From an uncultured Candidatus Saccharibacteria bacterium (GTDB taxonomy: Bacteria > Patescibacteriota > Dojkabacteria > J137), in assembly GCA_964607415.1 (NCBI GenBank), contig CAZSKK010000001.1, positions 4,190-68,189 on the forward strand: a stretch of DNA of 64,000 nt, in the 5' to 3' direction. The notes beneath the pieces are model-generated. The model saw only the letters and a program-made list of their open reading frames with translations. It did not search any database and was not told the origin of the DNA. Below, piece after piece: positions 39,387 to 49,082 of the stretch (position 1 is its first letter; every line of letters starts with the position of its first letter). Made by a program: the position numbers and the translations under genes.

Positions 39387-39776
39387 ATGGATGTAATAAA
39401 ATACGACCTGAGTAAGGAGACATTAAACGAAGATAGTTATGAATGTGTACTGGCATTTGATCAAGTTGAAATTGAAGATCATGAAATTAGTATTGTAAAT
39501 GCAATGCAAAGAGCATTAAATGAAGGAGCTTTTGGAAGCTATGATGATTTTATAGATAACTGCGAAACTCAAGAATACATGTATCGAGTTGCTGAATTTA
39601 ATTATTGTCTTATTGAAGAGTTAGGATTTAAAAGAGATGAAATGAATATAGCTCAGCTGTGTCAAAAATTTCCCAATATACAGCCAGTAGTATTGGCTTT
39701 AAATCAAAAAAGTTATAGAGAAAATATTTATTTGTGCTTAGAATTTTTTAGAAGTAGGCTTCTAGCAAAACAGTAA
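39387..39776 (+). CDS. Hypothetical protein.
   Basis: ORF only. Followed by a hairpin plus T-run (GGAGCGGGAGCAATCTCGCTCTTTTTT). Confidence 0.3.
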   Translation: MDVIKYDLSKETLNEDSYECVLAFDQVEIEDHEISIVNAMQRALNEGAFGSYDDFIDNCETQEYMYRVAEFNYCLIEELGFKRDEMNIAQLCQKFPNIQPVVLALNQKSYRENIYLCLEFFRSRLLAKQ

Positions 39777-39821
39777 GATAAAGTCTTACGGAGCGGGAGC
39801 AATCTCGCTCTTTTTTGTATC

Positions 39822-40757
39822 TTAATTAGTTACTTCATCCACAATATACAAAGGCCTTTGAAGACTTTCTTCGTGAATTTTTTGAATATATAATCCTAAA
39901 ATTCCGAGTGTCAAAAAAATTATCGAAAGCATAAAAATTGCTGTTATGTAAAAAGCAATTGCAGCTAAACTTGCACTTACCAAGTTTAAAGTTACAAATA
40001 GAATTGGAGCAACAAAGATTGAGAAAAACATTAAGAATAAGCTTGTGTTAAATAAAACTCTTGTTGGCATGTCGCTAAAACTTAAAACAGCAGTTTGAGC
40101 AAGTTTTACAAGCTTTCCAAAGTTATATTTTGTAACGCCTGCATATCGTTCGTTTCTGTCAAAATAAACTGCAATTTGTTTAAATCCAATATAGCTAATC
40201 ATTCCACGTACAAATCTAGTCTGCTCTCTCATTTGCTTAAACGCATCTATTGCTTTTCTGTCTAATAACCTAAAATCTCCCGTATCTTTTGGAATTTTAA
40301 CTTTTGTTGTTTTTTCCAGAAATCTATAAAATAAAAATGCTGTTAACTTTTTAAAAAATCCATCTTTTCTTGTTCTTCTAACTGCATAAGCAACATTAAA
40401 TCCTTCTTCCCATTTTTTGATTAATTCAAAGCTTACTTCAGGAGGATCTTGCAAATCTGCATCCATAATGATTGCAGCGTCTCCTTTGCAAAAGTCTAAT
40501 CCAGCAGTTACTGCCATTTGCTGGCTAAAGTTTCGAGAAAAGCTGATTATTTTGACTTTTTTGTTTTCTTTAGCAATGTCCTTAAGAAGATTTAGAGAGC
40601 TATCCGAACTTCCATCATTAACATATATAACTTCAAAATCATAGTTTGTATTTAGGTTTTCAAGGGTCTTAAGAAGAGTTATATTCATTTCAGGAATATT
40701 GTCTTCTTCATTGAAGATTGGAAGTATGAAAGAAATCAGTTTTTTAGTTCCAGTCAT
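39822..40757 (-). CDS. GT2 glycosyltransferase (polyprenyl-phosphate sugar transferase, DPM1/GtrB-like) with C-terminal TM helices.
   Basis: FILPIFNEEDNI, VIYVNDGSSD, IIMDADLQDPP (DxD), followed by two TM helices. Confidence 0.8.
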   Translation of the reverse strand: MTGTKKLISFILPIFNEEDNIPEMNITLLKTLENLNTNYDFEVIYVNDGSSDSSLNLLKDIAKENKKVKIISFSRNFSQQMAVTAGLDFCKGDAAIIMDADLQDPPEVSFELIKKWEEGFNVAYAVRRTRKDGFFKKLTAFLFYRFLEKTTKVKIPKDTGDFRLLDRKAIDAFKQMREQTRFVRGMISYIGFKQIAVYFDRNERYAGVTKYNFGKLVKLAQTAVLSFSDMPTRVLFNTSLFLMFFSIFVAPILFVTLNLVSASLAAIAFYITAIFMLSIIFLTLGILGLYIQKIHEESLQRPLYIVDEVTN

Positions 40758-41124
40758 TATATAATTTTAAGGGCTATCAAGGACTTATTTTACTCTTTTA
40801 GCTATCAATACTCAATATTCTTAATAATAATTTAACCCATAGCTAAAATCCTGAACACATATTTTGTAAACATTCGTTTAGAGGCTTTGTTTCATGTAAA
40901 GTATAATAAACCTACTCCAGCATAGTTGGAGTTTGATGCCTAAATGTTGTAAATAAAAATTTTTGATTATTAATACCAAATTAACCTTGATGGCAGACGC
41001 AAATTAATAACCCAGAACTTTGGCCTATAGTTTGAATCTATATTCAATCTATTGCAAATCATATTATGGTGTGTTAAAAATCAACATATCCTAGCGAAGC
41101 AAACAATTTATCTTTTAAATTAAT

Positions 41125-41733
41125 TTGATGGGAAATAATGAAGTTATGCCACAAATTTACACTTATGATAAAGCTTTATCAGAAGGTAACTTTGAGTTCA
41201 CTCTAAGAGTTTGTGAAGTATCTGGAGCTATTGATACAGAATCCATTGTAAATGCGATCCACGATGCTTGTAAAGATGACAGAGATGTTGTTTTGGTAGA
41301 TTTTGAAGAAGTATTGAAGGAATTAACTGTATATATTCCTATAAATGAAGCAAGAAATGAGTTAGAAAAGAAAGGTCAATTGTATGGGAAAGAAGAAAGA
41401 GATGCAATTTCTTTAATAAATAAACGCGCTATCGGGCTTCTTGAAGAACAAATTACAAGTGCTTTTTCTGGTTTAGATATGCCGAGAATAATAAAAACTG
41501 CTGAAACTAGTAATGTTAAAGTTTACCTATCGATTCCAAATGAGGGAGCATATATCAGACTGTACCTAGAAAGAGGTTACGAAAATTATAGGGTCGTAAA
41601 GGTTGTTGCACCTAAAATGGAGCTTACAAGAGATGAACATGGAAGATTGACAGGATCGAGAATCTTGGAATCTGCTATAGAAGGTGTTTTACGAGCAGAA
41701 TATATGGAAGCGTTGACAAATGGAGAATTGTAA
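41125..41733 (+). CDS. Hypothetical protein (202 aa).
   Basis: ORF only. Confidence 0.35.
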   Translation: MMGNNEVMPQIYTYDKALSEGNFEFTLRVCEVSGAIDTESIVNAIHDACKDDRDVVLVDFEEVLKELTVYIPINEARNELEKKGQLYGKEERDAISLINKRAIGLLEEQITSAFSGLDMPRIIKTAETSNVKVYLSIPNEGAYIRLYLERGYENYRVVKVVAPKMELTRDEHGRLTGSRILESAIEGVLRAEYMEALTNGEL

Positions 41734-41746
41734 AATTAGTTTTGAA

Positions 41747-41781
41747 AAAGCCCTGAAAATTATTTTCAGGGCTTTTTCTAT
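41747..41781 (+). terminator. Rho-independent terminator.
   Basis: AAAAGCCCTGAAAAT-TATTTTCAGGGCTTTTT: a perfect stem with a T-run. Confidence 0.7.
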
Positions 41782-41949
41782 ATTGTACCTGTACAAACAA
41801 ATATGCTTAAAATTCAAGATCTGAAACAAAACCCATTGGGACTAGTTCATACTCTGAATTCAAATTAAGTTAAATTTTCCTAAAAACTCCGTAATAATAA
41901 GATCTATTGAATGTTCCACCAAATGCAGTAGTAGTTTGATCTTGCCTTT

Positions 41950-42141
41950 CTAGCTTTTGCCAGCTCCAATATCTAAAACCCCAGATCTATCTGTTGGATT
42001 AAACTCTTCAATAAAACTTTTAACCGCGCGAGAAGGAGCATCAGTTTTTGAAGATGGAACATCTGCATTCGCTTGCTTGGAATATTCTTGATCCCAAAAT
42101 ATTTGTCTGCTGTCAGTAGAAGTCATAAATGATTTTAGCAC
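41950..42141 (-). pseudogene. Truncated class I SAM-dependent methyltransferase N-terminal fragment.
   Basis: 63-aa ORF ending ...FWDQEYSKQ...VLDIGAGKS* (motif I) with no downstream continuation in frame. Confidence 0.4.
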
Positions 42142-42160
42142 TTTTTGTTATACTGAGTTT

Positions 42161-42721
42161 ATGACTAATAGTGAAATCTACATAAAAAACAGATCAGACT
42201 TAAGAAACTGGCTTTCCAAAAATTACAATCAAAAAGAAGGCATTTGGCTTGTATTTGAAAAAGGCAAGAATAGAACAGTTGATATTTCTGAAATTGTTGA
42301 AGAACTACTCTGCTTTGGCTGGATTGATAGCAAAGGGGGAAAAGTTGATGAAACAAAAACAAAGCTTTATGTTGCTCCAAGAAAGCCAAAAAGTAATTGG
42401 TCTGGGTTAAATAAATCAAGAGTTGAAAGATTATTGAAAGAAGGTCTTATGGAAGAACCTGGCTTAAAAATGATCAAAATTGCAAAAGAGACTGGCACAT
42501 GGGATGCACTTAATGATGTAGAAAATTTAGTAATTCCTAAAGATCTTGAAAATGAATTTAAAAAATACAAAAATACAAAAGCAAACTTTAATGCTTTTTC
42601 TAAATCTTCTCAAAAAATGATTTTGCAATGGCTTTTGAGTGCTAAAAGACCTGAAACCAGAAAAATAAGAATTGAGAAAATTGCTGAAATGGCGGATAGG
42701 AAGGAGAAGGCGTTTGGGTAG
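42161..42721 (+). CDS. YdeI/OmpD-associated (OmdA) family protein.
   Basis: Pattern DLRNWL..N......IWLVF.K......I...E.VEE.LCFGWIDS.. Confidence 0.5.
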   Translation: MTNSEIYIKNRSDLRNWLSKNYNQKEGIWLVFEKGKNRTVDISEIVEELLCFGWIDSKGGKVDETKTKLYVAPRKPKSNWSGLNKSRVERLLKEGLMEEPGLKMIKIAKETGTWDALNDVENLVIPKDLENEFKKYKNTKANFNAFSKSSQKMILQWLLSAKRPETRKIRIEKIAEMADRKEKAFG

Positions 42722-42737
42722 TTGAAGTAATAAGTTA

Positions 42738-42935
42738 GAGTCTTTGCGAGGAGCGTAAGCGACGAAGCAAACTCTGTAAAGTAAAGCGTTAATTTAATGA
42801 GACTGCTTCGTCACGATAAATCGTGACTCGCAGTGACTTCAAAGTAGTTAAGCACCTCCTCGCAAAGACTCTTCCTTAGACACACGCTAGCAGTGACTTC
42901 AAAGTACTAAGGCATTTCCTCGCAAAGACTTGACT
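42738..42935. repeat. Repeat block 3' of the GIY-YIG ORF: two 60-bp tandem repeats (42830-42870 and 42890-42930) plus an inverted copy (42738-42754). Related sequence at 43270-43305 flanks the ORF on the other side.
   Basis: GCAGTGACTTCAAAGTA(G/C)T(T)AAG(C/G)CA(CC/TT)TCCTCGCAAAGACT x2; inverted GAGTCTTTGCGAGGAGC; AATGAG..GCTTCG..CTCGC(A/G)AAGACT occurs on both flanks. Confidence 0.6.
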
Positions 42936-42939
42936 CATT

Positions 42940-43230
42940 TTATTCTTCCAAACTTAAATCCATCCAATCAGGATTAAATTGGTTAATAAGTTTTAATTTC
43001 TTTAGCCTTGAACCTGATTTAATTTGTTTTTCTCTATCTATTGCCGCATTTGGGGAGTTAAATACTTCATAATATACAAGTTTATTTGCATTGTATCTTG
43101 CACTAAAGCTTTTAGCGTTTACTTTGAATTTATGCTCAGATGCTCGTCGTTGTAAGTTATTGGTAATGCCTGTATACAAAACAGAGTTGTATTTATTTGT
43201 CATAATATAGACATAATAATACTTATTCAT
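42940..43230 (-). CDS. GIY-YIG nuclease superfamily protein (UPF0213/YhbQ-like).
   Basis: YYVYIMTNKYNSVLYTGITNNLQRRASEHK (GIY...YIG...R...E). 96 aa. Confidence 0.75.
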   Translation of the reverse strand: MNKYYYVYIMTNKYNSVLYTGITNNLQRRASEHKFKVNAKSFSARYNANKLVYYEVFNSPNAAIDREKQIKSGSRLKKLKLINQFNPDWMDLSLEE

Positions 43231-43334
43231 AAATGAAATTAAAAACTGTTGGGGATAGCTAATTATAGCACCACTTTAATGAGTTCGCTTCGCTGCGCTC
43301 GCGAAGACTTATACTTTTCATTGATGGAAATACA

Positions 43335-43441
43335 ATAAATACATTCCTAAGATTTACAGAGTATGAGACAAGAAACAGCCTTTATGAGGTTGTGCAAACG
43401 ATTGAACTGAAGATTAGAGAGCTGGAAGCTCAACACCCCTA
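43335..43441 (+). pseudogene. Truncated 3' fragment (about 35 codons) of a DUF559 gene. It duplicates the 3' end of 45468-45932 at high identity.
   Basis: TTCCTAAGATTTACAGAGTATGAG(A/G)CAAGAAACAGCCTTTATGAGGT(T/G)GTGCAAACGATTGAACT...CAACACCCCTAA present at 43335-43441 and 45836-45932. Confidence 0.6.
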
Positions 43442-43532
43442 ACCCCTTCTTGGAAAGAGGGGAAAGAACACCCCGAAAAAGCATAAATGCTTTTTCACCC
43501 GTCTTGTGAAGAGGGGTGTTAGCGGCAGCTTC
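43441..43532. repeat. GC-rich hairpin repeats (related to family 1).
   Basis: CCCCTTCTTGGAAAGAGGGG and CACCCGTCTTGTGAAGAGGGGTG palindromes. Similar units occur at 45411-45470 and 45933-45983. Confidence 0.4.
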
Positions 43533-43538
43533 ACACGT

Positions 43539-44027
43539 CTAACCCAACTCGTACTCTTTAACTTTAGAGTTATTTTCATCGTACACAAATACTCCGTTGA
43601 TAGTTTCGCCGTTCAAAACTTTCGGTATCCATTGTGGTGCGTCATCCCACATTCCTTCAAAAGGCAAACTATTAACATCAAACCATTCGGGAATAATTTC
43701 TTCTGATTCTGTTGGTACACCTTCCCATTTGGTGCATGTAAAAAGAACCACTTCCTGATTCCATTTTTCTTTTTCAGGAAAAAAGAACTTTACACTGCCC
43801 TTCCGTTCAAACTCGGTAGGTGTTACATTTATTTCTTCTTGCATCTCTCTAATTACAGCATCAACTTCCGTTTCACCTTCTTCTAGTTTCCCACCAATTC
43901 CAACATAATTTCCAGTTCCCATTCCTTCTTTACGTTTGCCTAATAAAACTTTATCGTTTTTTAGTAAGTAACAAACTACGCGGATTCCTAATTTTGTATT
44001 TTTCAATTCACGGATTTGTTTGTTCAT
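43539..44027 (-). CDS. NUDIX hydrolase (MutT-like).
   Basis: Nudix box GGKLEEGETEVDAVIREMQEEINV. Confidence 0.8.
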   Translation of the reverse strand: MNKQIRELKNTKLGIRVVCYLLKNDKVLLGKRKEGMGTGNYVGIGGKLEEGETEVDAVIREMQEEINVTPTEFERKGSVKFFFPEKEKWNQEVVLFTCTKWEGVPTESEEIIPEWFDVNSLPFEGMWDDAPQWIPKVLNGETINGVFVYDENNSKVKEYELG

Positions 44028-44142
44028 AAGAATATTATAATACTAATATAAAACTATATTTCGTATTTAGATTTTAGAATTTTGAATTTAAAATGTATAT
44101 GCACATATTGCACATTTTTTGCTCATGAAGTAACATCAACAA

Positions 44143-44742
44143 ATGAAAATATACTTTACAGCTTCAACTGCTGAATTCAATAAGTACAAAGATTTATACT
44201 TTCAGATCAGGGATATGCTTATTTCAGAAAGTCATATTTTAACTAGGGATTGGCTTTCTGACGCTAAAGACAGAATTGACCAAGGTAAAATTGACCGTTC
44301 TGACATAAAAGAAATTTATCAAGAATGTATGAAGGCTTTAAATGAAGCTGATTTAGTTATTATTGAAGATACAGTTTCAAATTTTAGTACTGGTCATCAA
44401 ATAACCGTAGCACTTCAGCGCCAAAAACCAACACTAGTGTTACGGTCAGTACCTAAAAATCAACATTTCAAAAATTCATTTATTGAAGGGATAGAATCTG
44501 ATTCGCTTGAAGTTCATAAATATGATGATTCAAATTTAGAAGATATAATTAGAACTTTTATTAAAAAGTACGAAAATGCAAATCAAAAGAACCGTTTTCA
44601 TTTAGTTTTAAGTGAAGTTGAGCGAAAATATTTAGATTGGGCACAATTTAGCAAAAATAAAAGTAGAACTAAGTTAATTCGAGATGCCATTAGAAAAAGT
44701 ATGGAAGAAGATGGCGAGTTTAGAGAATATTTAAAAAGTTAA
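44143..44742 (+). CDS. Hypothetical protein with an N-terminal NDT/SLOG-like alpha/beta domain and a C-terminal ribbon-helix-helix-like segment.
   Basis: MKIYFTAS...ADLVIIEDTVSNFSTGHQITVALQRQKPTLVL resembles the nucleoside deoxyribosyltransferase topology. The C-terminal HLVLSEVERKYLDWAQFSKNKSRTKLIRDAIRK is RHH-like. Both assignments are weak. Confidence 0.35.
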   Translation: MKIYFTASTAEFNKYKDLYFQIRDMLISESHILTRDWLSDAKDRIDQGKIDRSDIKEIYQECMKALNEADLVIIEDTVSNFSTGHQITVALQRQKPTLVLRSVPKNQHFKNSFIEGIESDSLEVHKYDDSNLEDIIRTFIKKYENANQKNRFHLVLSEVERKYLDWAQFSKNKSRTKLIRDAIRKSMEEDGEFREYLKS

Positions 44743-44745
44743 AAC

Positions 44746-45405
44746 ATGGTCTATTTCGAAGGTCAAATTACAAATGATAGATCGTTTAATTTATACGCAA
44801 GCATCCATGGGCGATTGAGGCTCTGTGAGTTTTTTCACGAGCATTTTGAGGGAGATGTTGTAGATTTAGGCTGTGGAAAAGGTAATTCACTTCAAGAGAT
44901 TGGCTATCACGCAAAAAATAAAAAAGTAATAGGAGTTGATTATGAACAAGAAGAGGCTAGTAATATTATTCATGCTGATTTTTCTAATATTCCATTAGAA
45001 ACAGGTAGTATTGGAAGAGTAATTTCGTCTTATGGAATAGGCTATTATGCGGAGTCATTAAAAGATTTGCAAGATCATTTTAAAGAGGTACGGAGGATAT
45101 TGAATGCTGGCGGAAAAATTATGATGGTTGTAGCTACTGATCAGTTTCTATCTAAATTTAACGACAATATTCCCAGAATGCATTTATCGCATATACAAGC
45201 ATTGCAAGAAATCAATCCAATATTAGTTGTTGAAATACCTAGTATGATGTCACAACAACAAATGATAGATGATTATTTAAAAGATGAATTTTCTTTTAAA
45301 ATAAACCTTTTACATATATTGAACTTTGGTTTTGAAATAGTTAGTTTTAAAGTTACAGGAACTGAGATAAGTTTAGAGTTGGAGGTGGGTAACGCTGAAG
45401 CATAA
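44746..45405 (+). CDS. Class I SAM-dependent methyltransferase.
   Basis: Motif I VVDLGCGKGNSL. The gap to the upstream ORF is 3 nt. Confidence 0.6.
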   Translation: MVYFEGQITNDRSFNLYASIHGRLRLCEFFHEHFEGDVVDLGCGKGNSLQEIGYHAKNKKVIGVDYEQEEASNIIHADFSNIPLETGSIGRVISSYGIGYYAESLKDLQDHFKEVRRILNAGGKIMMVVATDQFLSKFNDNIPRMHLSHIQALQEINPILVVEIPSMMSQQQMIDDYLKDEFSFKINLLHILNFGFEIVSFKVTGTEISLELEVGNAEA

Positions 45406-45467
45406 ATGAGACTGACGCTACTTTAGCCACCCCTCTTTGAAGAGGGGTAAACAACACAAAGTGTTGT

Positions 45468-45932
45468 TTGGGGTGTTGGAATTTTCTTCAAAATTTGTAT
45501 TTCAATACAATGTTTTTTCTTCTGAACTTGTCTATAATTTCTCTGCTGATCACATTTTATATGAGTTACGTTCCGTATAACAAAAAACTAAAACATCGGG
45601 CTAGTCATCTTCGAAATAACTCAACACGTGGAGAGACTTTATTATGGCAAAAGCTAAAACATAGACAGCAAGGTTACGATTTTAATCGACAGAAACCTTT
45701 GCTAAATTATATTGTAGACTTTTACTGTATAAAGTTAAAACTTGCAATTGAAATTGATGGCTCGTCTCACGATGAAGCTAAATTTGAGTACGATGAGAGA
45801 AGGCAAAGAGAACTTGAACGGGAAGGAATAACGTTCCTAAGATTTACAGAGTATGAGGCAAGAAACAGCCTTTATGAGGTGGTGCAAACGATTGAACTTA
45901 AGATTATGGAGCTGGAGCAGCAACACCCCTAA
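45468..45932 (+). CDS. DUF559 / Vsr-like endonuclease-domain protein. The true start is probably an internal Met.
   Basis: GETLLWQKLK...GYDFNRQ...IVDFYC...LAIEIDGSSHD...DERRQRELEREGITFLRF. Confidence 0.6.
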   Translation: MGCWNFLQNLYFNTMFFLLNLSIISLLITFYMSYVPYNKKLKHRASHLRNNSTRGETLLWQKLKHRQQGYDFNRQKPLLNYIVDFYCIKLKLAIEIDGSSHDEAKFEYDERRQRELEREGITFLRFTEYEARNSLYEVVQTIELKIMELEQQHP

Positions 45933-45983
45933 ATGCATAATATGCATTTCTCCCCTCTTCAAAGAGGGGAAATAACACTACAC

Positions 45984-46739
45984 CTAAATCGTCTTCAACC
46001 CAATTCCTCCATCCATAGTTAAAATTGTTCCAGTCATGGAATCATTTTTTGCTAAAAAGATTACACCATCTGCAATTTCTTCTGTGGTTATAAATCTTTC
46101 AATTAACTGTTGCTTGCCATAAAAATCTAAATCTTCTTTGGACATTTCACCCCAGTGAGGAGTTAATACATATCCAGGTGCAAGTGCATTTACAAGGATT
46201 CTAGGTGCATATTTTTTAGCCATACTTTTTGTAAAACTATTCATTGCAGCTTTGGATGCTCCATATGCCATATAGTCTTTATCTGATTTATCGTCAAATC
46301 CCCAAATTGATGAGATATTGATTATTTTCCTGATTGTATTACTACCTGCTATATTCAAAAATTCTTTGGAAGCTAAAACTGCACTCAAAAAATTATTATC
46401 AAGCTGATACTCCCAATCACTTAATTGAGCCATTGCTGGGTCTATGCTTCTTGCATCTCCTGAGTTATTGACTAAAATGTCTAAATTTCCATACTTTGCT
46501 TTAATTTTATTAAAAAGATCTTTAACTTCAGATTCTTTACTCATTTCTGCCCTAAAAAGCATGTGATCGCCACCCAGTTTTGAAATTTCTTCCAGAGTTT
46601 TATTTGCTTCATTTTCACTATTTCTAAAGTTGATAATTATATTTGCACCTTTTTTGGCAAAGGCAATTGCAATTGCTTTTCCAATGCCTTTGGAAGAACC
46701 GGTTACCAGGACGATTTTGTTTTTTAGGGTCATAAACAA
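45984..46739 (-). CDS. Short-chain dehydrogenase/reductase (FabG-like).
   Basis: TGSSKGIGKAIA and catalytic YGASKAA (YxxxK). Confidence 0.8.
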   Translation of the reverse strand: MFMTLKNKIVLVTGSSKGIGKAIAIAFAKKGANIIINFRNSENEANKTLEEISKLGGDHMLFRAEMSKESEVKDLFNKIKAKYGNLDILVNNSGDARSIDPAMAQLSDWEYQLDNNFLSAVLASKEFLNIAGSNTIRKIINISSIWGFDDKSDKDYMAYGASKAAMNSFTKSMAKKYAPRILVNALAPGYVLTPHWGEMSKEDLDFYGKQQLIERFITTEEIADGVIFLAKNDSMTGTILTMDGGIGLKTI

Positions 46740-47019
46740 TGATTAAAGAATAAAGATTATGAACGTTAATTAGTAAATACTATAGACAATTAATTGGTTT
46801 AATTTTCAATTAACAAAAAAACAACTGATGAATTAACCTATATTACATTATAGACTAATTATTGGAATTTGCTAAAATCTTATGGATTTTGTTCGGAATA
46901 TAAAAACTACAAGTTCAATTTCACAAGCCAAGCTTTAAAAGCAACAATCTTTCTGCTACAATATTCGCATGTTCAACAAATCTCACACTTCACAACTCTT
47001 TCTAATCAGAAAATCATGT

Positions 47020-47095
47020 TAGTTAACTAGCGTTATATTCGCAGGTCTATACGACCTAAGTGTCATCCTCGATTTCCCTCGGAATGACACAATTA
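47020..47095. repeat. Family 2 inverted-repeat element, second copy, immediately upstream of the ABC-F gene.
   Basis: ACTAGCGTTATATTC ... GTGTCATCCTCG-attt-CCCTCGGAATGACACAAT. Confidence 0.4.
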
Positions 47096-47120
47096 TATTA
47101 AATATAGTTAAAATACTAAC

Positions 47121-48557
47121 ATGATAAAAGCAACAAATTTAAAAATAGAATACAGTAAATTAATATTTCAAAACGTAACTTTTAAACTTGGAAACAAAGA
47201 AAAAGTTGGACTTGTAGGACTTAACGGCTGCGGCAAGTCTACTCTACTTAAAATCCTTGTTGGATTGGAACCTCAAGACGAAGGTACCGTTGAACTTGTT
47301 AATGAAAAAATAGCTTATCTTCCTCAAGAATATTCTTTTGAAAAAGATTTATTAATTGGCGAAGTTCTGGAAAGTTTAGTGGAAAATCAACACGAAATCT
47401 ACAAAGTTAATAAAGTTTTGGGAAAGTTAAAATTTGAACCTGACTGGTACCAAACTGTTGATACCTTAAGCCATGGACAAAAAATGAAGCTTTATTTGGC
47501 AAAGCTTTTGGTGCAAAATCCTACAATATTACTTTTAGATGAACCTACAAATCACTTGGATATTGAAGGCATTTTATGGCTTGAAGAATTTATTAAAAAC
47601 TTCGGTGGAATTTGCATAATAATCTCTCACGATAGAGCTTTTTTAAATGCTGTAACAAATCGAATTTTCGAAATTGACGAGCAAAAATTAAATATCTTTG
47701 AAGGAAATTATGATGATTATTTAGAGCAAAAACATGATGCAATTGCAGCGCAAAGAACGCAATTTATTTTGCAAGAAAGAAGAAGGCAAAAGTTTGAACA
47801 AATGATTACGAATATCAAATCTGGAGCAGGTGGTGAAAAACAAGCCAGAGCTCTAAAAGCTGCACGTAAAAGAATGGATCGAGAAGTTTTATCAAATGAA
47901 GTTGATTTATATAAAGAATCAAAAATTAGTGATTTTAATATTTCTGGGCAAAACCATAAAACTAAGCTAATTATTAAAGTTAAAGATTTAGATTTTGGTT
48001 ATGCAAATGGTTCGTACTTGTTTGAAAAAGCAAATTTTGAAATGTATGGAAAAGAAAAAATCTGGTTTTATGGTGCCAATGGCATTGGAAAATCAACTTT
48101 AGTTAAGCTAATTGTGGGCGAGTTACAACCAACAAGCGGTACAGTAAAAATTGGCGAAAACCTAAAATATACTTACTTTGCTCAGGATCAAAAACATGTA
48201 AATTATGATCAAACTGTAGAAGAATTTTTCTTAAAAAATACAGATGTAAGTTACAGCGGATCGTTTGGTATTTTAGAAAAATTCTTGTTTACTAAAGATA
48301 TGCGTAATAAAAAAATTGCAAAGTTAAGCCCGGGACAAAGAGCCAGATTAACCTTTGCTGTTTTTGCTCAAAAAGAATACGACTTTATGATTTTGGATGA
48401 GCCTACAAATCATTTGGATATTAAATCTAAAGAAGTGATTGAAACTGCTTTGCGGGAATACCAGGGCGCATTTTTACTAATTTCGCATGATAGATATTTT
48501 GTGGAAAGTATTGGAGTTGATAGAGCAATTACGATTAAAAACAATAAGGTCGTTTGA
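47121..48557 (+). CDS. ABC-F family ATPase (two tandem ABC domains, no TMD).
   Basis: Walker A GLNGCGKST and GANGIGKST; signatures LSHGQKMKL and LSPGQRARL; interdomain linker. Confidence 0.8.
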   Translation: MIKATNLKIEYSKLIFQNVTFKLGNKEKVGLVGLNGCGKSTLLKILVGLEPQDEGTVELVNEKIAYLPQEYSFEKDLLIGEVLESLVENQHEIYKVNKVLGKLKFEPDWYQTVDTLSHGQKMKLYLAKLLVQNPTILLLDEPTNHLDIEGILWLEEFIKNFGGICIIISHDRAFLNAVTNRIFEIDEQKLNIFEGNYDDYLEQKHDAIAAQRTQFILQERRRQKFEQMITNIKSGAGGEKQARALKAARKRMDREVLSNEVDLYKESKISDFNISGQNHKTKLIIKVKDLDFGYANGSYLFEKANFEMYGKEKIWFYGANGIGKSTLVKLIVGELQPTSGTVKIGENLKYTYFAQDQKHVNYDQTVEEFFLKNTDVSYSGSFGILEKFLFTKDMRNKKIAKLSPGQRARLTFAVFAQKEYDFMILDEPTNHLDIKSKEVIETALREYQGAFLLISHDRYFVESIGVDRAITIKNNKVV

Positions 48558-48660
48558 CGTAAGACAACTGATGCAATTTCCTCTCCATAGTGAATGAAAT
48601 GAAAGGATGGAGAGGGTGGTTTGAGCTTTGCTCAAACCGGGTGAGGATTAAAACTAAGCA
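48558..48660. repeat. GC-rich inverted-repeat element (family 1-related), copy h.
   Basis: CCTCTCCAT...ATGGAGAGGG inverted pair, GGTTTGAGC-tttg-CTCAAACC hairpin, CCGGGTGAGG. Confidence 0.35.
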
Positions 48661-48984
48661 CTAGCTAAAAAACAAAATCTCAACCACATCAATTGTGGGT
48701 GTTTCGTAAGGATGCACTTTTTTGATGGCTTTTAAAACAACCTCAAGCTTATCTTTCGGAAGAATCATCTCTACTTTGTCTTCAGGCTCTCTAAATAATT
48801 TGCCAACTGATCCAATAAAAGGATTGGCAGATTCGCTGGACTTATAGTTCCCAAGACCTTTTGTAATAAATGCACAGTGTGTGTAGTTGCCAACAATTCC
48901 AGCGCCGGCTTTACTCATTTCATCAATCAAAATGTCAGTGTGAGATTCAGGAACAGTAACGAAGATTTTGTAAATTTTTTCCAT
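48661..48984 (-). CDS. CutA/PII-like fold small protein.
   Basis: C-terminal HPYETP motif as in CutA1. 107 aa. Confidence 0.4.
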   Translation of the reverse strand: MEKIYKIFVTVPESHTDILIDEMSKAGAGIVGNYTHCAFITKGLGNYKSSESANPFIGSVGKLFREPEDKVEMILPKDKLEVVLKAIKKVHPYETPTIDVVEILFFS

Positions 48985-49082
48985 AGAATAATTATATTAA
49001 TCAAAAGAATAAAATGCAAAGAAACAGTTGAAAAATTTCTAATTACGTAGCAATATTATAGGATATACTTTAATAGTTATTT

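Noticed and set aside
47014-47028. Four-codon uORF (MLVN) as an ABC-F leader peptide
   Set aside because: It is kept only as a note inside the family-2 repeat finding. It is a single short ATG...TAG in AT-rich DNA and is not reproduced in the other repeat copy, so it is not called as a feature.
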